Below, piece by piece: positions 1 through 9,399 of a stretch of DNA of 64,000 bases. The stretch lies in contig CAVVHE010000005.1 in NCBI GenBank assembly GCA_963748015.1, positions 576,001 to 640,000 of the forward strand, written 5' to 3'. This DNA comes from Terriglobia bacterium. Its GTDB lineage: Bacteria > Acidobacteriota > Polarisedimenticolia > Polarisedimenticolales > JAIQFR01. Numbering within the stretch: the stretch's first letter is position 1; each line of letters opens with the position of its first letter. The notes beneath the pieces were generated by a model. That model was not told the DNA's origin. It saw only the letters and a program-made list of their open reading frames with translations, and made no database searches. A program made the translations under genes and the position numbers.

Positions 1-2
1 AG

Positions 3-2597
3 TTCTCGCGGCTCGAGAGCGTCTACGTGCGGCACGTGCTCGCGGCGGCCCTTCCGCCGAAGCTCCGCGCGGCCTACGTCATGCTCTCGGTCGGCACTCC
101 GTCGCACCAGGACGACATCGACGTCGCGATCGTCGTCGACGAGGACGCCGACCGCGCGCCGCTCGAGAGAGGATTCGCGGCCCTCGGCGGGCAGATGCTC
201 CGCTACGCGAGCCCCCTCGACCATTACGTCGCGGAGCAGCTCGGGCTCGAAGGCTTCTGCGTCTCCCCGACGCAGCTTCGCGAGGCGCTCCGCACCGGCC
301 GGCCGGACTTCGTGATCGTCACCGAGCTGCTCCGGGCGGAGCCCGTCGCCGGCAGCCGGAAGCTGTTCGACCGGTTCAGGGAGGCCGTGACCGCCGGCTA
401 CTTCCATCGTCCGGGCCACGACGACCCGGCACACGAGTTCTACCTGCGAGGCATCCTCGGCGAGACCCGCTCCCTGCTGCTGCGTCCGCCCTCGGCGTCC
501 TCGGTCCACCCGAAGGACGACGGCCTGCGCCTCGTCCTCGGCCTCGCGAGCGCGTTGAAAGCCGTGGAGGGGGTGCGCGAGACCCGGATCCTCGAGCTGT
601 TCCGGCTCCTGGCGCGGCGCCGCCGCTCGCTCCGCGCGCACCTCGCACGGCTCGAGGAGAGCTACGTCTTTCTTGACACGTTTCGCCATCTCGCCCACCT
701 GCTGATCGTCGAGGAGGAGGAGATCGAGGTGGAAGGAGACGCCGCGCGGGACAACCTCGGCCGCGTCGCCGCGGCGATGGGATACCGCGACCGGGGAGCC
801 GTCGACGCGGTGGACTACCTGCTGGTCCACTACCACGAGGCGGTGGAGGAGGCGCACGCCGTCGCTCCCCGCCTGATGGAGGAGCTGGCCCGCCACCTGG
901 CGGCGATCACGCGCTCGGCCCGGTGGATCCGGGGGACGACTCCCGGAGACCTCGCGCTGGAGCTCGCCGGGGACCTCGACGCCGCGGGCCGGTCGTTCCG
1001 CGGCGTCAGGTTCTGGGACGACGTCCTCGAGGCGTTCGCCGCGCCGGACGGCCGGCTCCTCGGGGAATTCCGCGCGAGCTGGCGGCGGATCCCGGACACG
1101 GCGCGCCGCGGCCTCGCCGTCGGGTACGCCGACTGGGGCCGTCACGCGCCGTACGCCGTCGTGACGCTGCTCACGCTGCTCGCGCGGGAGGAGGGTTCCG
1201 CTCCCCCGCCGTCGCCGGCGCTCGAGATCGGCACGGCTTTCTTCGACCGTCTCGGATCGAGGCCGGAGGAGATCCGCGCGCTGTCTCGCGTGTTCCGCTC
1301 GTACCCGGACCTGATGAACCGGTTCCTCCTCACTCTCGGCGACGAGAGGCTCGACCGCCTCCGCGAGGTCCTTGCCGCGCCGATCGCCGACCCGGAGGTC
1401 GCCGCCGCGCGCGACCGGTTCGCGGCGCTCGTCGAGGTCCACCGGGGGACCAGCCAGTACGTGAAGCGCGTCCTCGCGAGGATCACGGTCCGCCACCCGG
1501 CCACGGTGCTCGCTCTCTCCGACGCGGCCGCGCTGCGCACGCTGGCGCTCGGACGCCTCGCGGCGAGCGAGAGCCATCCGAGCCCGGAGGAGCAGAAGGG
1601 GCTGCTGGGCGACTACTACGATCTCTCGTTCCTTCGCACGGCGATGGGCACGCTGCAGGGCACCCCCGGCGACGCGACGCGCTCGTCCTACATGGAGATC
1701 ACGCGGACCTATCTGACCAACCTGTTCGATCTCTGCCTGCGCGAGGTCGAGAGGGAAGAGGGGATCCGCCTTCCGGACCGGGACCTCCTGGGGATCTTCC
1801 TCGCGGGCGGCAACGCTCGCGGGCGCCCGTACGACGACGACTACGACCTCCTGGTGCTCCTCGACGGAACGGGCGCCGCCGCCCGCCGCATCGCGGAGAC
1901 CGCGGTCGTGCGGATGAACCGGGAGATCGCCCGCCGCGGCGTGGTGGCCCAGTACCGTCTCGGCGAGAGGCTCGGCGGCTTCGTCACGCCTCTCGAATCC
2001 CTCGTTCGGCTCCTCGCAGGCATCGACGACGGGCTGTTCGTGGACCGGTGCCAGCTCCTCGGCGCGAGGATGATCACCGGAGGCCGCAAGATCGAGGAGG
2101 CCCTGCGAGAGAAGGTGCTCCGGCCCCTGGTCTTCGGCGAGGCGGACGCGTTCATCGCGCGGGTCGCGCGGGAGATCCGGGAGCGGCGCGCCGCGTTCCG
2201 CCCGATGTCCGCGGGAACGATCCAGCTCAAGGAGGCCCCGGGCGGCCTCCGCGAGATCGACCTCTGCCTCGCCGCGGAAAAGGCGCGGCTCAATGCGTGG
2301 GAAGCGGTGGACGACGACCTGTTCGGCGGCCTCGCGCGCCGGGATCCGGGCAGGCGTCCGCTGTACGACTCGCTCGCCGCCGCGAGCGATTTTCTCGTCG
2401 CCGTGCGCTCGGTCTGCCGGGTGTGCATCGCGGCCTCCGACGAGGTGCACGAGGACCACCTCGGCGCCCCGGCGCGCATCCTCGGCTATCTCCCGCCGTC
2501 CTGCGACGATCCCGCCAAGGCGCTCCTCCGCGATGTCGAGCGGCACCTCGCCGCGTCCGAGCTCGCGGTGACGGCGCTCCTCCCGGGCCTCGCCTGA
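3..2597 (+). CDS. GlnE/GlnD-like protein with two nucleotidyltransferase domains (5'-truncated by window edge)
   Basis: Frame is open from nt 3. Two Pol-beta-type NTase-like motifs (GTPSHQDDIDVAIV; GGNARGRPYDDDYDLLVL), each followed by a GlnE/GlnD-like helical motif (HPKDDGLR; QLKEAPGGLREIDL). Confidence 0.65.
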   Translation, partial: FSRLESVYVRHVLAAALPPKLRAAYVMLSVGTPSHQDDIDVAIVVDEDADRAPLERGFAALGGQMLRYASPLDHYVAEQLGLEGFCVSPTQLREALRTGRPDFVIVTELLRAEPVAGSRKLFDRFREAVTAGYFHRPGHDDPAHEFYLRGILGETRSLLLRPPSASSVHPKDDGLRLVLGLASALKAVEGVRETRILELFRLLARRRRSLRAHLARLEESYVFLDTFRHLAHLLIVEEEEIEVEGDAARDNLGRVAAAMGYRDRGAVDAVDYLLVHYHEAVEEAHAVAPRLMEELARHLAAITRSARWIRGTTPGDLALELAGDLDAAGRSFRGVRFWDDVLEAFAAPDGRLLGEFRASWRRIPDTARRGLAVGYADWGRHAPYAVVTLLTLLAREEGSAPPPSPALEIGTAFFDRLGSRPEEIRALSRVFRSYPDLMNRFLLTLGDERLDRLREVLAAPIADPEVAAARDRFAALVEVHRGTSQYVKRVLARITVRHPATVLALSDAAALRTLALGRLAASESHPSPEEQKGLLGDYYDLSFLRTAMGTLQGTPGDATRSSYMEITRTYLTNLFDLCLREVEREEGIRLPDRDLLGIFLAGGNARGRPYDDDYDLLVLLDGTGAAARRIAETAVVRMNREIARRGVVAQYRLGERLGGFVTPLESLVRLLAGIDDGLFVDRCQLLGARMITGGRKIEEALREKVLRPLVFGEADAFIARVAREIRERRAAFRPMSAGTIQLKEAPGGLREIDLCLAAEKARLNAWEAVDDDLFGGLARRDPGRRPLYDSLAAASDFLVAVRSVCRVCIAASDEVHEDHLGAPARILGYLPPSCDDPAKALLRDVERHLAASELAVTALLPGLA

Positions 2598-2637
2598 GCC
2601 CCGCCCGTCGCCTCCGGTCGGAAGAGCAGCCGGGCGC

Positions 2638-4026
2638 TCAGATCTGACGGTGGATGAAGGGCGCGAGGAGGCGGAGCAGGTTGAGCTTGAGGATCTTGAG
2701 GCGGGAGACGCCCGGGTAGCGCTCCTCCCCGCCCACCGGCTTCCCGTCGCTACCGATCCGGAACGCCTTCGACAGGTGCGCGTCCATCGAGGCCCGGAGC
2801 TGCTCCGACAGGGCGGCGTCGTTCGCGACGACCGCCAGCTCGGTGTTGAGGTACTCCGACCTCGGATCGAGGTTGAAGGTCCCCACGATCGAGGTCGTGG
2901 CGTCGATCACCGCCGACTTCGCGTGCATGGACTCGGGACCGCGGAACTCCCAGACTTCGACCCCCATGCGCACGAGCTTTTCTTTCTTGCCGACGTATCC
3001 CGCCTGGGCGAGCAGGTTGTCGGTGGAGTTGAGGGAATTCGTCAGGATGCGGACGTCGACGCCGCGGCGGAGCAGATCCTCGAGCCCCCTGAGGAAGGCT
3101 TTCGACGGCACGAGGTAGGGGGATTCGATCTCGAGCGTGCCGGTCGCCGACGTCATGAGGTCCAGCAGCTCGTTCCCGATCCCCCGCTCCTCCCCCTTGC
3201 GGCCGACCGGATCGTGGAGGAAGCGGACCTCGCCCAGATCTAGGAGCCCTTCCGTCCAGTCCACCGGCTCGCCGGAACGGAACCAGGAAGCCATCTCGAG
3301 CACGGCGATCGCCTCGTCCATCCGAAGCCCGGCCCGGCGGTAGGCCTCGACCGCCGCGCCCCGGCGAATCGAACAGCGCCAGCGCTCGTCCTCGCGCGGC
3401 AGGTCCTCGCAGCGGGCCTCGCGGATCGACGGGTCGTGGTCGCCGAGGCGCGTGCGCCTCACCTCGCCGCTGTACCAGAGATCGTGGAAGTACGCGCGGG
3501 CGTCCGCCGCCGCCCTCCCGGCGACCAGCGCGTCCCTGTCGACGTAGTTCCTTCCGCCGAAGCCGAAGTACGGGTTGGCGACGTTGCGGCCCCCGGTGAG
3601 CATCCGCTCGCCGTCCGCGACCAGGAGCTTGTCGTGCAGCCGCCGCGTCCACCAGCGGGGCTTCGTGAGGCGGAAGGGGTGGTACTCCCGGATCTCGACC
3701 CCCTGGTCCACGAGGTAGGCCTGGATCGCCTTCGACATCCTGTTGAAGCTGCCGTCCACGATCAGGCGCACCGCCACCCCGCGCCGCGCCGCCTCGCGGA
3801 GCAACGCGAGCCCGATCATCGAAACCTGGTCGTCCTCGACGATGAAGTACTCGGCGTCGAGCGAGAGGCGGGCTTGACGGACCAGGTCGATGCGGGCCTG
3901 CGCCGCCTCCTGGTCGCCGTCCAGGATGCGGAAGACGTCGGCGAGCGCCGGGGTGGCGAGCGCGATCGCGAGGCACGCGGCGGCGGCCGCGGCTCGAGCC
4001 GCCACCCGCGCCGGGCCGCCGCTCAT
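2638..4026 (-). CDS. Phospholipase D / cardiolipin synthase (ClsC-like) with signal peptide
   Basis: Two HKD motifs (RRLHDKLLVAD, SMHAKSAVID), TGGRN and GTFNLDPRS; Ala-rich N-terminal signal peptide. Confidence 0.9.
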   Translation of the reverse strand: MSGGPARVAARAAAAAACLAIALATPALADVFRILDGDQEAAQARIDLVRQARLSLDAEYFIVEDDQVSMIGLALLREAARRGVAVRLIVDGSFNRMSKAIQAYLVDQGVEIREYHPFRLTKPRWWTRRLHDKLLVADGERMLTGGRNVANPYFGFGGRNYVDRDALVAGRAAADARAYFHDLWYSGEVRRTRLGDHDPSIREARCEDLPREDERWRCSIRRGAAVEAYRRAGLRMDEAIAVLEMASWFRSGEPVDWTEGLLDLGEVRFLHDPVGRKGEERGIGNELLDLMTSATGTLEIESPYLVPSKAFLRGLEDLLRRGVDVRILTNSLNSTDNLLAQAGYVGKKEKLVRMGVEVWEFRGPESMHAKSAVIDATTSIVGTFNLDPRSEYLNTELAVVANDAALSEQLRASMDAHLSKAFRIGSDGKPVGGEERYPGVSRLKILKLNLLRLLAPFIHRQI

Positions 4027-4757
4027 TCCTCCGGCATCCCCTCGACGCGCACCGGATCGCTCTGCTCCTCGAGGTGCCGCTTCCCGGAGAAGTCGATCCA
4101 GTGGCCGGAGCGCTCGGCCTTGGTCTCCAGGTAGAACCGGTTGTGCGGGTTCGGCGGCATCACGTGGGGGATCCTCCCGTCCACCGGGACCCCGTAGCGC
4201 GTGAGCTGCGAGATCTTGGCCGGGTTGTTGGTCATCAGGCGGATCGACCTCACGTCGAGGCTCATGATCATGTGCGCCGCGACCGCGTAGTCGCGCTCGT
4301 CGTCACGGAAGCCGAGGGCGAGGTTCGCCTCGACCGTGTCGAGCCCGCGGTCCTGAAGCGCGTAGGCCCGGATCTTGTTGATCAGGCCGATGCCGCGCCC
4401 CTCCTGCCGCATGTAGAGCAGCAGCCCGCGCTCCATCGAGCCGAGCGTTGCGAGGGCGGCCTCGAGCTGGTCGCGGCAGTCGCAGCGCAGCGAGCCCATC
4501 ACGTCGCCGGTCAGGCACTCGGAGTGGAGCCGCGTCGGCACCTCGGCGGCCCCCACGATGTCCCCGTGGACCATCGCGACGTGCTCCTTCGCGTCGCGGT
4601 TGTTCCAGAACGCGACGATCCGGAACTCTCCGAAGCGGCTGGGGAGATCGGCGGTTCCCGCGATCCGCACGCAGACCCTCTGCGGGCCGAAACCCTCGCA
4701 TTCGTGGTCGCGGTCGCGCTCGACCAGCGCCGCGAGCGCCGACGCGTTGGTGCTCAT
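4023..4757 (-). CDS. ribA: GTP cyclohydrolase II
   Basis: RLHSECLTGDVMGSLRCDC, QEGRGIGL, MTNNPAK. ATG at 4757 overlaps the upstream stop (ATGA). Confidence 0.95.
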   Translation of the reverse strand: MSTNASALAALVERDRDHECEGFGPQRVCVRIAGTADLPSRFGEFRIVAFWNNRDAKEHVAMVHGDIVGAAEVPTRLHSECLTGDVMGSLRCDCRDQLEAALATLGSMERGLLLYMRQEGRGIGLINKIRAYALQDRGLDTVEANLALGFRDDERDYAVAAHMIMSLDVRSIRLMTNNPAKISQLTRYGVPVDGRIPHVMPPNPHNRFYLETKAERSGHWIDFSGKRHLEEQSDPVRVEGMPEE

Positions 4758-5782
4758 GGCTTTGTCTCCGAGAGAATTCGCTGCGCGAGGCGCCGTCCGG
4801 AGGACCAGGCCGCCTCGACGCCGCCGCCCGGCCAGAAGATCTCTCCCGCGAGGCCCAGGTGCCCGCCCCCCGGGAGGCGAAGGAGCATCGGCCCCGCCAG
4901 CTCGGCCCCGCGATCCACGCGCGCGTATCGCCAGCGGTGGCCCTGGTGCCACTCCGGCCTCGAGGCCCACGGGCCGATCAGGCGCGCCGCCTCCTCGAGC
5001 ACCTCGGCGGTCCACGACTCGGGCGGCGACGAGAGCCGTTCTCGCGAGAACCCCGGCCGCGCCTGGTACACCAGGACGAGCCAGCGCGGCTGGTCCCGCT
5101 TGGCGGAGTCGTTCGAGATCAGCTGGAGGATCCTCGAGTCCTCGGGGTAGTCGATGTCCCATTCGGGCCCTTCGGTGTCGGGCGGGTAGCCCGCGATCAC
5201 CGTCAGGCAGGGATGCGTGCCCGCCGCTCCCAGGAGGACCTTCGCGGCCTCGACGTCCGGCAGTCCCGGAGGAAGCGTCGCGACCAGGTCGCGGGCCTGC
5301 TCCGACGGGAGCGCGAGAACCGCGGTGCGAGCCGTCAGGTCGGAGCCTCCCTCGAGCCGCAGCGTGACCGAGCGCTCTCCTTCCGAGAGCGACAGCACCC
5401 GCTGGCCGAGGCGGACGTGAAGCCCGGCCGCGAGGCGCTTCGGGAACGCGCTGAGACCCTGCCGGAACGCGGTGCGCGTCTCGCCTGCCAGGAAGGCCTG
5501 GGGCTGGCAGGGCAAGCCCGCGCCGTGGATTCGCTCCGGCCAGCCCGGCAGCGCGCCGGGCGCGCCCTCGGGGTCGAGCGCCTCGAGGAACGCCGGGCTC
5601 GAGCCGTGCAGGAACACGACGCCGTGGTCCACCGCCTGGTCCTCGACACGCCGCGTCGCGCAGCGTCCCCCGACGCCTCGCGCCTTGTCCAGCACGACGA
5701 CCGAGCGCCCCGATCGGCGCAGGAACCCGGAGCAGGAGAGACCGGCGATGCCGGCCCCCACCACCGCGACGTCGTCGACCAA
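4754..5782 (-). CDS. Renalase-like FAD/NAD(P)-dependent oxidoreductase
   Basis: VVGAGIAGL dinucleotide motif, DKARGVGGRCATRR, DHG, HRWRYA. Probable TTG start at 5782 with GGAAAGGA upstream. Confidence 0.85.
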   Translation of the reverse strand: MVDDVAVVGAGIAGLSCSGFLRRSGRSVVVLDKARGVGGRCATRRVEDQAVDHGVVFLHGSSPAFLEALDPEGAPGALPGWPERIHGAGLPCQPQAFLAGETRTAFRQGLSAFPKRLAAGLHVRLGQRVLSLSEGERSVTLRLEGGSDLTARTAVLALPSEQARDLVATLPPGLPDVEAAKVLLGAAGTHPCLTVIAGYPPDTEGPEWDIDYPEDSRILQLISNDSAKRDQPRWLVLVYQARPGFSRERLSSPPESWTAEVLEEAARLIGPWASRPEWHQGHRWRYARVDRGAELAGPMLLRLPGGGHLGLAGEIFWPGGGVEAAWSSGRRLAQRILSETKP

Positions 5783-5961
5783 GAGGGGGTCCTTTCCCGC
5801 CGCCCAGGGGGCATCCGCTCGCCGCGAATCCGCCCCGGCAGGCTCGATGGCGACGGCCGGGCAGCCGGCCCGACGACCATCATAACCCAGGCACGGCGGC
5901 GGTCCCGGTCGCGACCCGTCGTGGAGGCGTACGCCCTCGCGCCGGTCGGGCGACCCGCCCC

Positions 5962-5990
5962 TTGACGGGCGCGGTTTCAATAGATATAGT
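5962..5990 (+). promoter_or_regulatory. Sigma70-type promoter of the Rrf2-qNor operon, overlapping a candidate Rrf2 operator
   Basis: TTGACG-17 nt-TATAGT; imperfect palindrome AGATAT-AGTC-ATGTCT at 5982-5997 in an AT-rich island. Confidence 0.7.
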
Positions 5991-6009
5991 CATGTCTTGA
6001 GATGTTGAG

Positions 6010-6417
6010 ATGATCACGCAAACCGTGAAGTACGCGCTCCAGATCCTCGGCTACCTCCGCAGCCGGGGAAAGGAGCGGGTCCGTGGCGACGAGATCGCCC
6101 GCGCGACCGGGATCCCGGCCAACTACCTTTCCAAGATCCTGAACCAGCTCCGGAAGGCCGGCATCGTGGACTCCCGGAAAGGGTGGGGCGGCGGGTTCAT
6201 GCTCCGTCGCGAGGCTCTCCGCCGCCCGATCACCGACATCGTGACGGTCTTCGAGGGGCGGAGCGCGCGACGAGCGCAGGAGTGCGTGTTCGGGCTCTCG
6301 CGGTGCGACGCGACCGATCCCTGCCCCCTGCACCCCTTCTGGGAGAGCATTCGCGAGACCTACGACGACATGCTTCGCAAGACCTCGATCGGAGACCTGA
6401 CGGCGGTACGCCGCTGA
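6010..6417 (+). CDS. Rrf2 family Fe-S transcriptional regulator
   Basis: IPANYLSKIL, SRKGWGGGFML, three Cys in CVFGLSRCDATDPCPLH. Confidence 0.92.
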   Translation: MITQTVKYALQILGYLRSRGKERVRGDEIARATGIPANYLSKILNQLRKAGIVDSRKGWGGGFMLRREALRRPITDIVTVFEGRSARRAQECVFGLSRCDATDPCPLHPFWESIRETYDDMLRKTSIGDLTAVRR

Positions 6418-6487
6418 GTTTTTTTGAGCCATCAGCGCATCTGCGCATGCGCTGAGAATTCGTGCTGGACGCACGCAGGAGAGAAAC

Positions 6488-7105
6488 ATGGCGAAGGCCC
6501 TCGATATCCTGATGGACGAGCACCGCGTGATCGAGCAGGTGCTCGGATCGCTCGAGACGTTCGCAAAGCGGCTCGAGAGCGAGCCGGACCCGCGCGGCAC
6601 GCTGCGCGACTTCGGACGGTTCTTCAAGGAGTTCGCCGACCGGTGCCACCACGCGAAGGAAGAGGACCGCCTGTTCGTCGAGATGGTGCGGCACGGCTTC
6701 CCGCGAGAGCAGGGGCCGATCGCGGTGATGCTGTCGGACCACGTGGAGGGGCGCGCCCACGTCGGCGGGCTCGCGAAGGCCGGCGAGGGGAGCGGGCCGC
6801 TCTCGGCCGAGGAGTGCGCGTCCGTGCGCTACCACGTCCATGCGTACGTCCCGCTGCTCCGCGGGCACATCCTGAAGGAGGACCGCGTCCTCTACCCGAT
6901 GGCGAGCGACGCGCTCCCCGCCGACGTGATGGACCGGCTCGCGGAGGACTTCGAGGGGCACGAGCGCCACGAGATGGGCGAGGGCAAGCACGAGGAGCTC
7001 CACCGCCTCGCGGTACAGCTGATCGAGGCGTACCCGCCGGCCGGCGGCGGTGACAGCCCGTCCTGCGGCGCGTGCGGCTTTCACGAGGCGGAGGCGGGAC
7101 GATGA
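6488..7105 (+). CDS. Hemerythrin (HHE) domain protein
   Basis: DEHRVI, HHAKEE, SDHVEGR, HILKED motifs; AGGAG ribosome binding site. Confidence 0.9.
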   Translation: MAKALDILMDEHRVIEQVLGSLETFAKRLESEPDPRGTLRDFGRFFKEFADRCHHAKEEDRLFVEMVRHGFPREQGPIAVMLSDHVEGRAHVGGLAKAGEGSGPLSAEECASVRYHVHAYVPLLRGHILKEDRVLYPMASDALPADVMDRLAEDFEGHERHEMGEGKHEELHRLAVQLIEAYPPAGGGDSPSCGACGFHEAEAGR

Positions 7106-9399
7106 GCGCCGCCCCCCCGGCCGAACAGCCGCTCTCCTCGTGGTGGCGTAACACGGCGGTGCTCGTGATCGTCATCGGCTTCGCGATCCTGAGCGTGATG
7201 ACCTTCAACACCTACCGGCACGCGCCGCCCATTCCGGCGAGGGTCGTGGACGAGTCGGGCTCGGTCCTCTTCACGAGCGACGATATCCTCGGCGGCCAGG
7301 AGGTGTTCCTCAAGTACGGACTCATGGAGCACGGGACGTTGTGGGGCCACGGGGCGTACCTCGGCCCCGACTACGGCACGAACTACCTCCACCGCGATGC
7401 GGAGATCTCGAGGGACACGCTCGCCGCCGACGGGTACGGCAAGAAATTCTCGGCGCTCGCCCCGCCCGAGCAGGAGGCCGTGGCCGGATCGGTGAGGGCG
7501 TCGCTCAAGGCGAACCGGTTCGATCCCGCGAGCTCGACCCTGACGTTCACGAAGGGCGAGGCGGCGTCGTGGCGGATCCAGCAGCGGGAGTGGGCCGAGT
7601 ACTTCTCGAAGAAGGACGCTGCCCCGGGACTCCCGACCCGGTACATCGCGAAGGCGGACGAGATCTCCCGCCTGACCTCGTTCTTCGCGTGGGCCGCCTG
7701 GGCGTCGCGCGCGAACCGGCCGGGGAAGGACTACTCCTACACCAACAACTTCCCGTACGAGCCGTTGGCCGGAAACGGCCCGACCAGCGCCGCCTACCTC
7801 TGGAGCGCGCTGTCCCTCGTCTTCCTCCTGGGCGGGCTCGGCCTGGTCCTTTTCCTGTTCGGGAAATTCGACTTTCTCGGGTGGAGAGGGAGCCCCGGGG
7901 AGCACCGCCCCACCGCGGTGTTCGAGGACCGCGGGCTGACACCGAGCCAGTGGGCGACCGGCCTGTACTTCGCCGTGGCCGCGCTCCTTCTTCTCTTGCA
8001 GGTTCTCACCGGCGGAGCGATGGCGCACTACCGGGTCGAGCCGGGGGCGTTCTACGGGTTCGACATCGCGAAGCTCCTCCCGTACAACCTCGTGAGGACG
8101 TGGCACCTGCAGCTCGGCGTGTTCTGGATCGCCACGGCGTGGGTCGCAGGCGGCCTGTTCCTCGCTCCGCTGGTCGGAGGCGCCGAGCCGAAGGGGCAGC
8201 GGGCCGGCGTACTGGTCCTGCTCGGCGCGCTGGCCGTGGTGGTCTTCGGCTCGCTGTTCGGCGAGTACCTCGGGATCAACGACCGCCTGGGAAACCTGTG
8301 GTTCTGGCTCGGGCACCAGGGATCGGAGTATCTCGACCTCGGCCGGTTCTGGCAGGTCCTCCTGGCCGCCGGGCTCGTGTTTTGGCTTTTCCTGATGTTC
8401 CGGGCGCTGCGGCCCGCGATGCGGGACCCTCGGAAGGGGACGCTGTCCTCGCTGTTCCTTTACGCCGCGGTGGCGATCCCGCTCTTCTACCTCCCGGCCT
8501 TCTTCTTCGGCAAGCACACCAACTTCGCCGTGATCGACAACTGGCGGTTCTGGATCATCCACCTGTGGGTCGAGGGCTTCTTCGAGCTGTTCGCGACGGT
8601 GCTCGTGGCGGTGATGTTCGCCAGCATGGGCCTCGTCACCGCGAAGACCGCCACGCGCGTGGTGTACCTCGACGCGATCCTCTATCTCGGCGCGGGGATC
8701 GTCGGCACGGCGCACCACTGGTACTTCACCGGGCAAACCACCCTGGCGATGGCGCTGGGCGCCTGCTTCTCCGCGATGGAGGTCGTGCCGCTGACGCTCC
8801 TGACGCTCGACGCCTGGGACTTCATCCGGCTCCGCAACGCGGCGGGAGAGGGTGGCGGCGTGCTCGAGCAGGCGCGGCGCCACAAGTGGGCCATCTACTT
8901 CCTCATGGCGGTCGGCGTCTGGAACTTCGTCGGCGCCGGAGTGTTCGGGTTCCTGATCAACCTCCCGATCGTGTCGTACTTCGAAATCGGCACGCTCCTC
9001 ACGCCCAATCACGGTCATGCCGCGATGTTCGGCGTGTTCGGGATGCTCGCCCTGGCGGTGCTGGTCTTCGGGCTGCGCTCGATGCAGAGCGACGAGGCCT
9101 GGTCCGGTACGGAGCGCTACGTTCGGACCGGCTTCTGGGGAGTGAACGTCGGCCTCGCGTTGATGCTGATCCTCAACCTGTTTCCCGCCGGCGTCCTGCA
9201 GCTCCTCGACGTGATCAAGAACGGATACTGGCACGCCCGGCAGGTCGAATTCCTCATGACCGGCCCCTTCCACACCCTCGAGTGGCTGCGCATCGTCGGC
9301 GATCTCACCGTGATCCTGGTGGGCGTCGTGCCGCTCGTCATCGCCGTGCTACGCTCGATCGCGAAGCGGGACCGGACCCCGCGCAGGAGCCACGCATGA
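7102..9399 (+). CDS. norZ: Quinol-dependent nitric oxide reductase (qNor)
   Basis: GTLWGHGAYLGPD, RTWHLQL, HLWVEGFFELF, GTAHHWY, HGHAAMFG; many TM helices; ATGA coupling to the hemerythrin gene. Confidence 0.95.
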   Translation: MSAAPPAEQPLSSWWRNTAVLVIVIGFAILSVMTFNTYRHAPPIPARVVDESGSVLFTSDDILGGQEVFLKYGLMEHGTLWGHGAYLGPDYGTNYLHRDAEISRDTLAADGYGKKFSALAPPEQEAVAGSVRASLKANRFDPASSTLTFTKGEAASWRIQQREWAEYFSKKDAAPGLPTRYIAKADEISRLTSFFAWAAWASRANRPGKDYSYTNNFPYEPLAGNGPTSAAYLWSALSLVFLLGGLGLVLFLFGKFDFLGWRGSPGEHRPTAVFEDRGLTPSQWATGLYFAVAALLLLLQVLTGGAMAHYRVEPGAFYGFDIAKLLPYNLVRTWHLQLGVFWIATAWVAGGLFLAPLVGGAEPKGQRAGVLVLLGALAVVVFGSLFGEYLGINDRLGNLWFWLGHQGSEYLDLGRFWQVLLAAGLVFWLFLMFRALRPAMRDPRKGTLSSLFLYAAVAIPLFYLPAFFFGKHTNFAVIDNWRFWIIHLWVEGFFELFATVLVAVMFASMGLVTAKTATRVVYLDAILYLGAGIVGTAHHWYFTGQTTLAMALGACFSAMEVVPLTLLTLDAWDFIRLRNAAGEGGGVLEQARRHKWAIYFLMAVGVWNFVGAGVFGFLINLPIVSYFEIGTLLTPNHGHAAMFGVFGMLALAVLVFGLRSMQSDEAWSGTERYVRTGFWGVNVGLALMLILNLFPAGVLQLLDVIKNGYWHARQVEFLMTGPFHTLEWLRIVGDLTVILVGVVPLVIAVLRSIAKRDRTPRRSHA

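Noticed and set aside
2638..4026. PLD-family nuclease or anti-phage defence gene
   Set aside because: Signal peptide and two-HKD ClsC-like motifs fit an envelope phospholipid enzyme; no defence-system neighbours.
4758..5980. FMN riboswitch for ribA
   Set aside because: ribA directly overlaps the upstream CDS and no RFN motif is seen upstream of the operon.
7102..9399. Nitric oxide dismutase (NOD) instead of qNor
   Set aside because: The canonical FeB ligands (HLWVEG, HH) and conserved Glu residues are retained; no His-to-Asn substitution.
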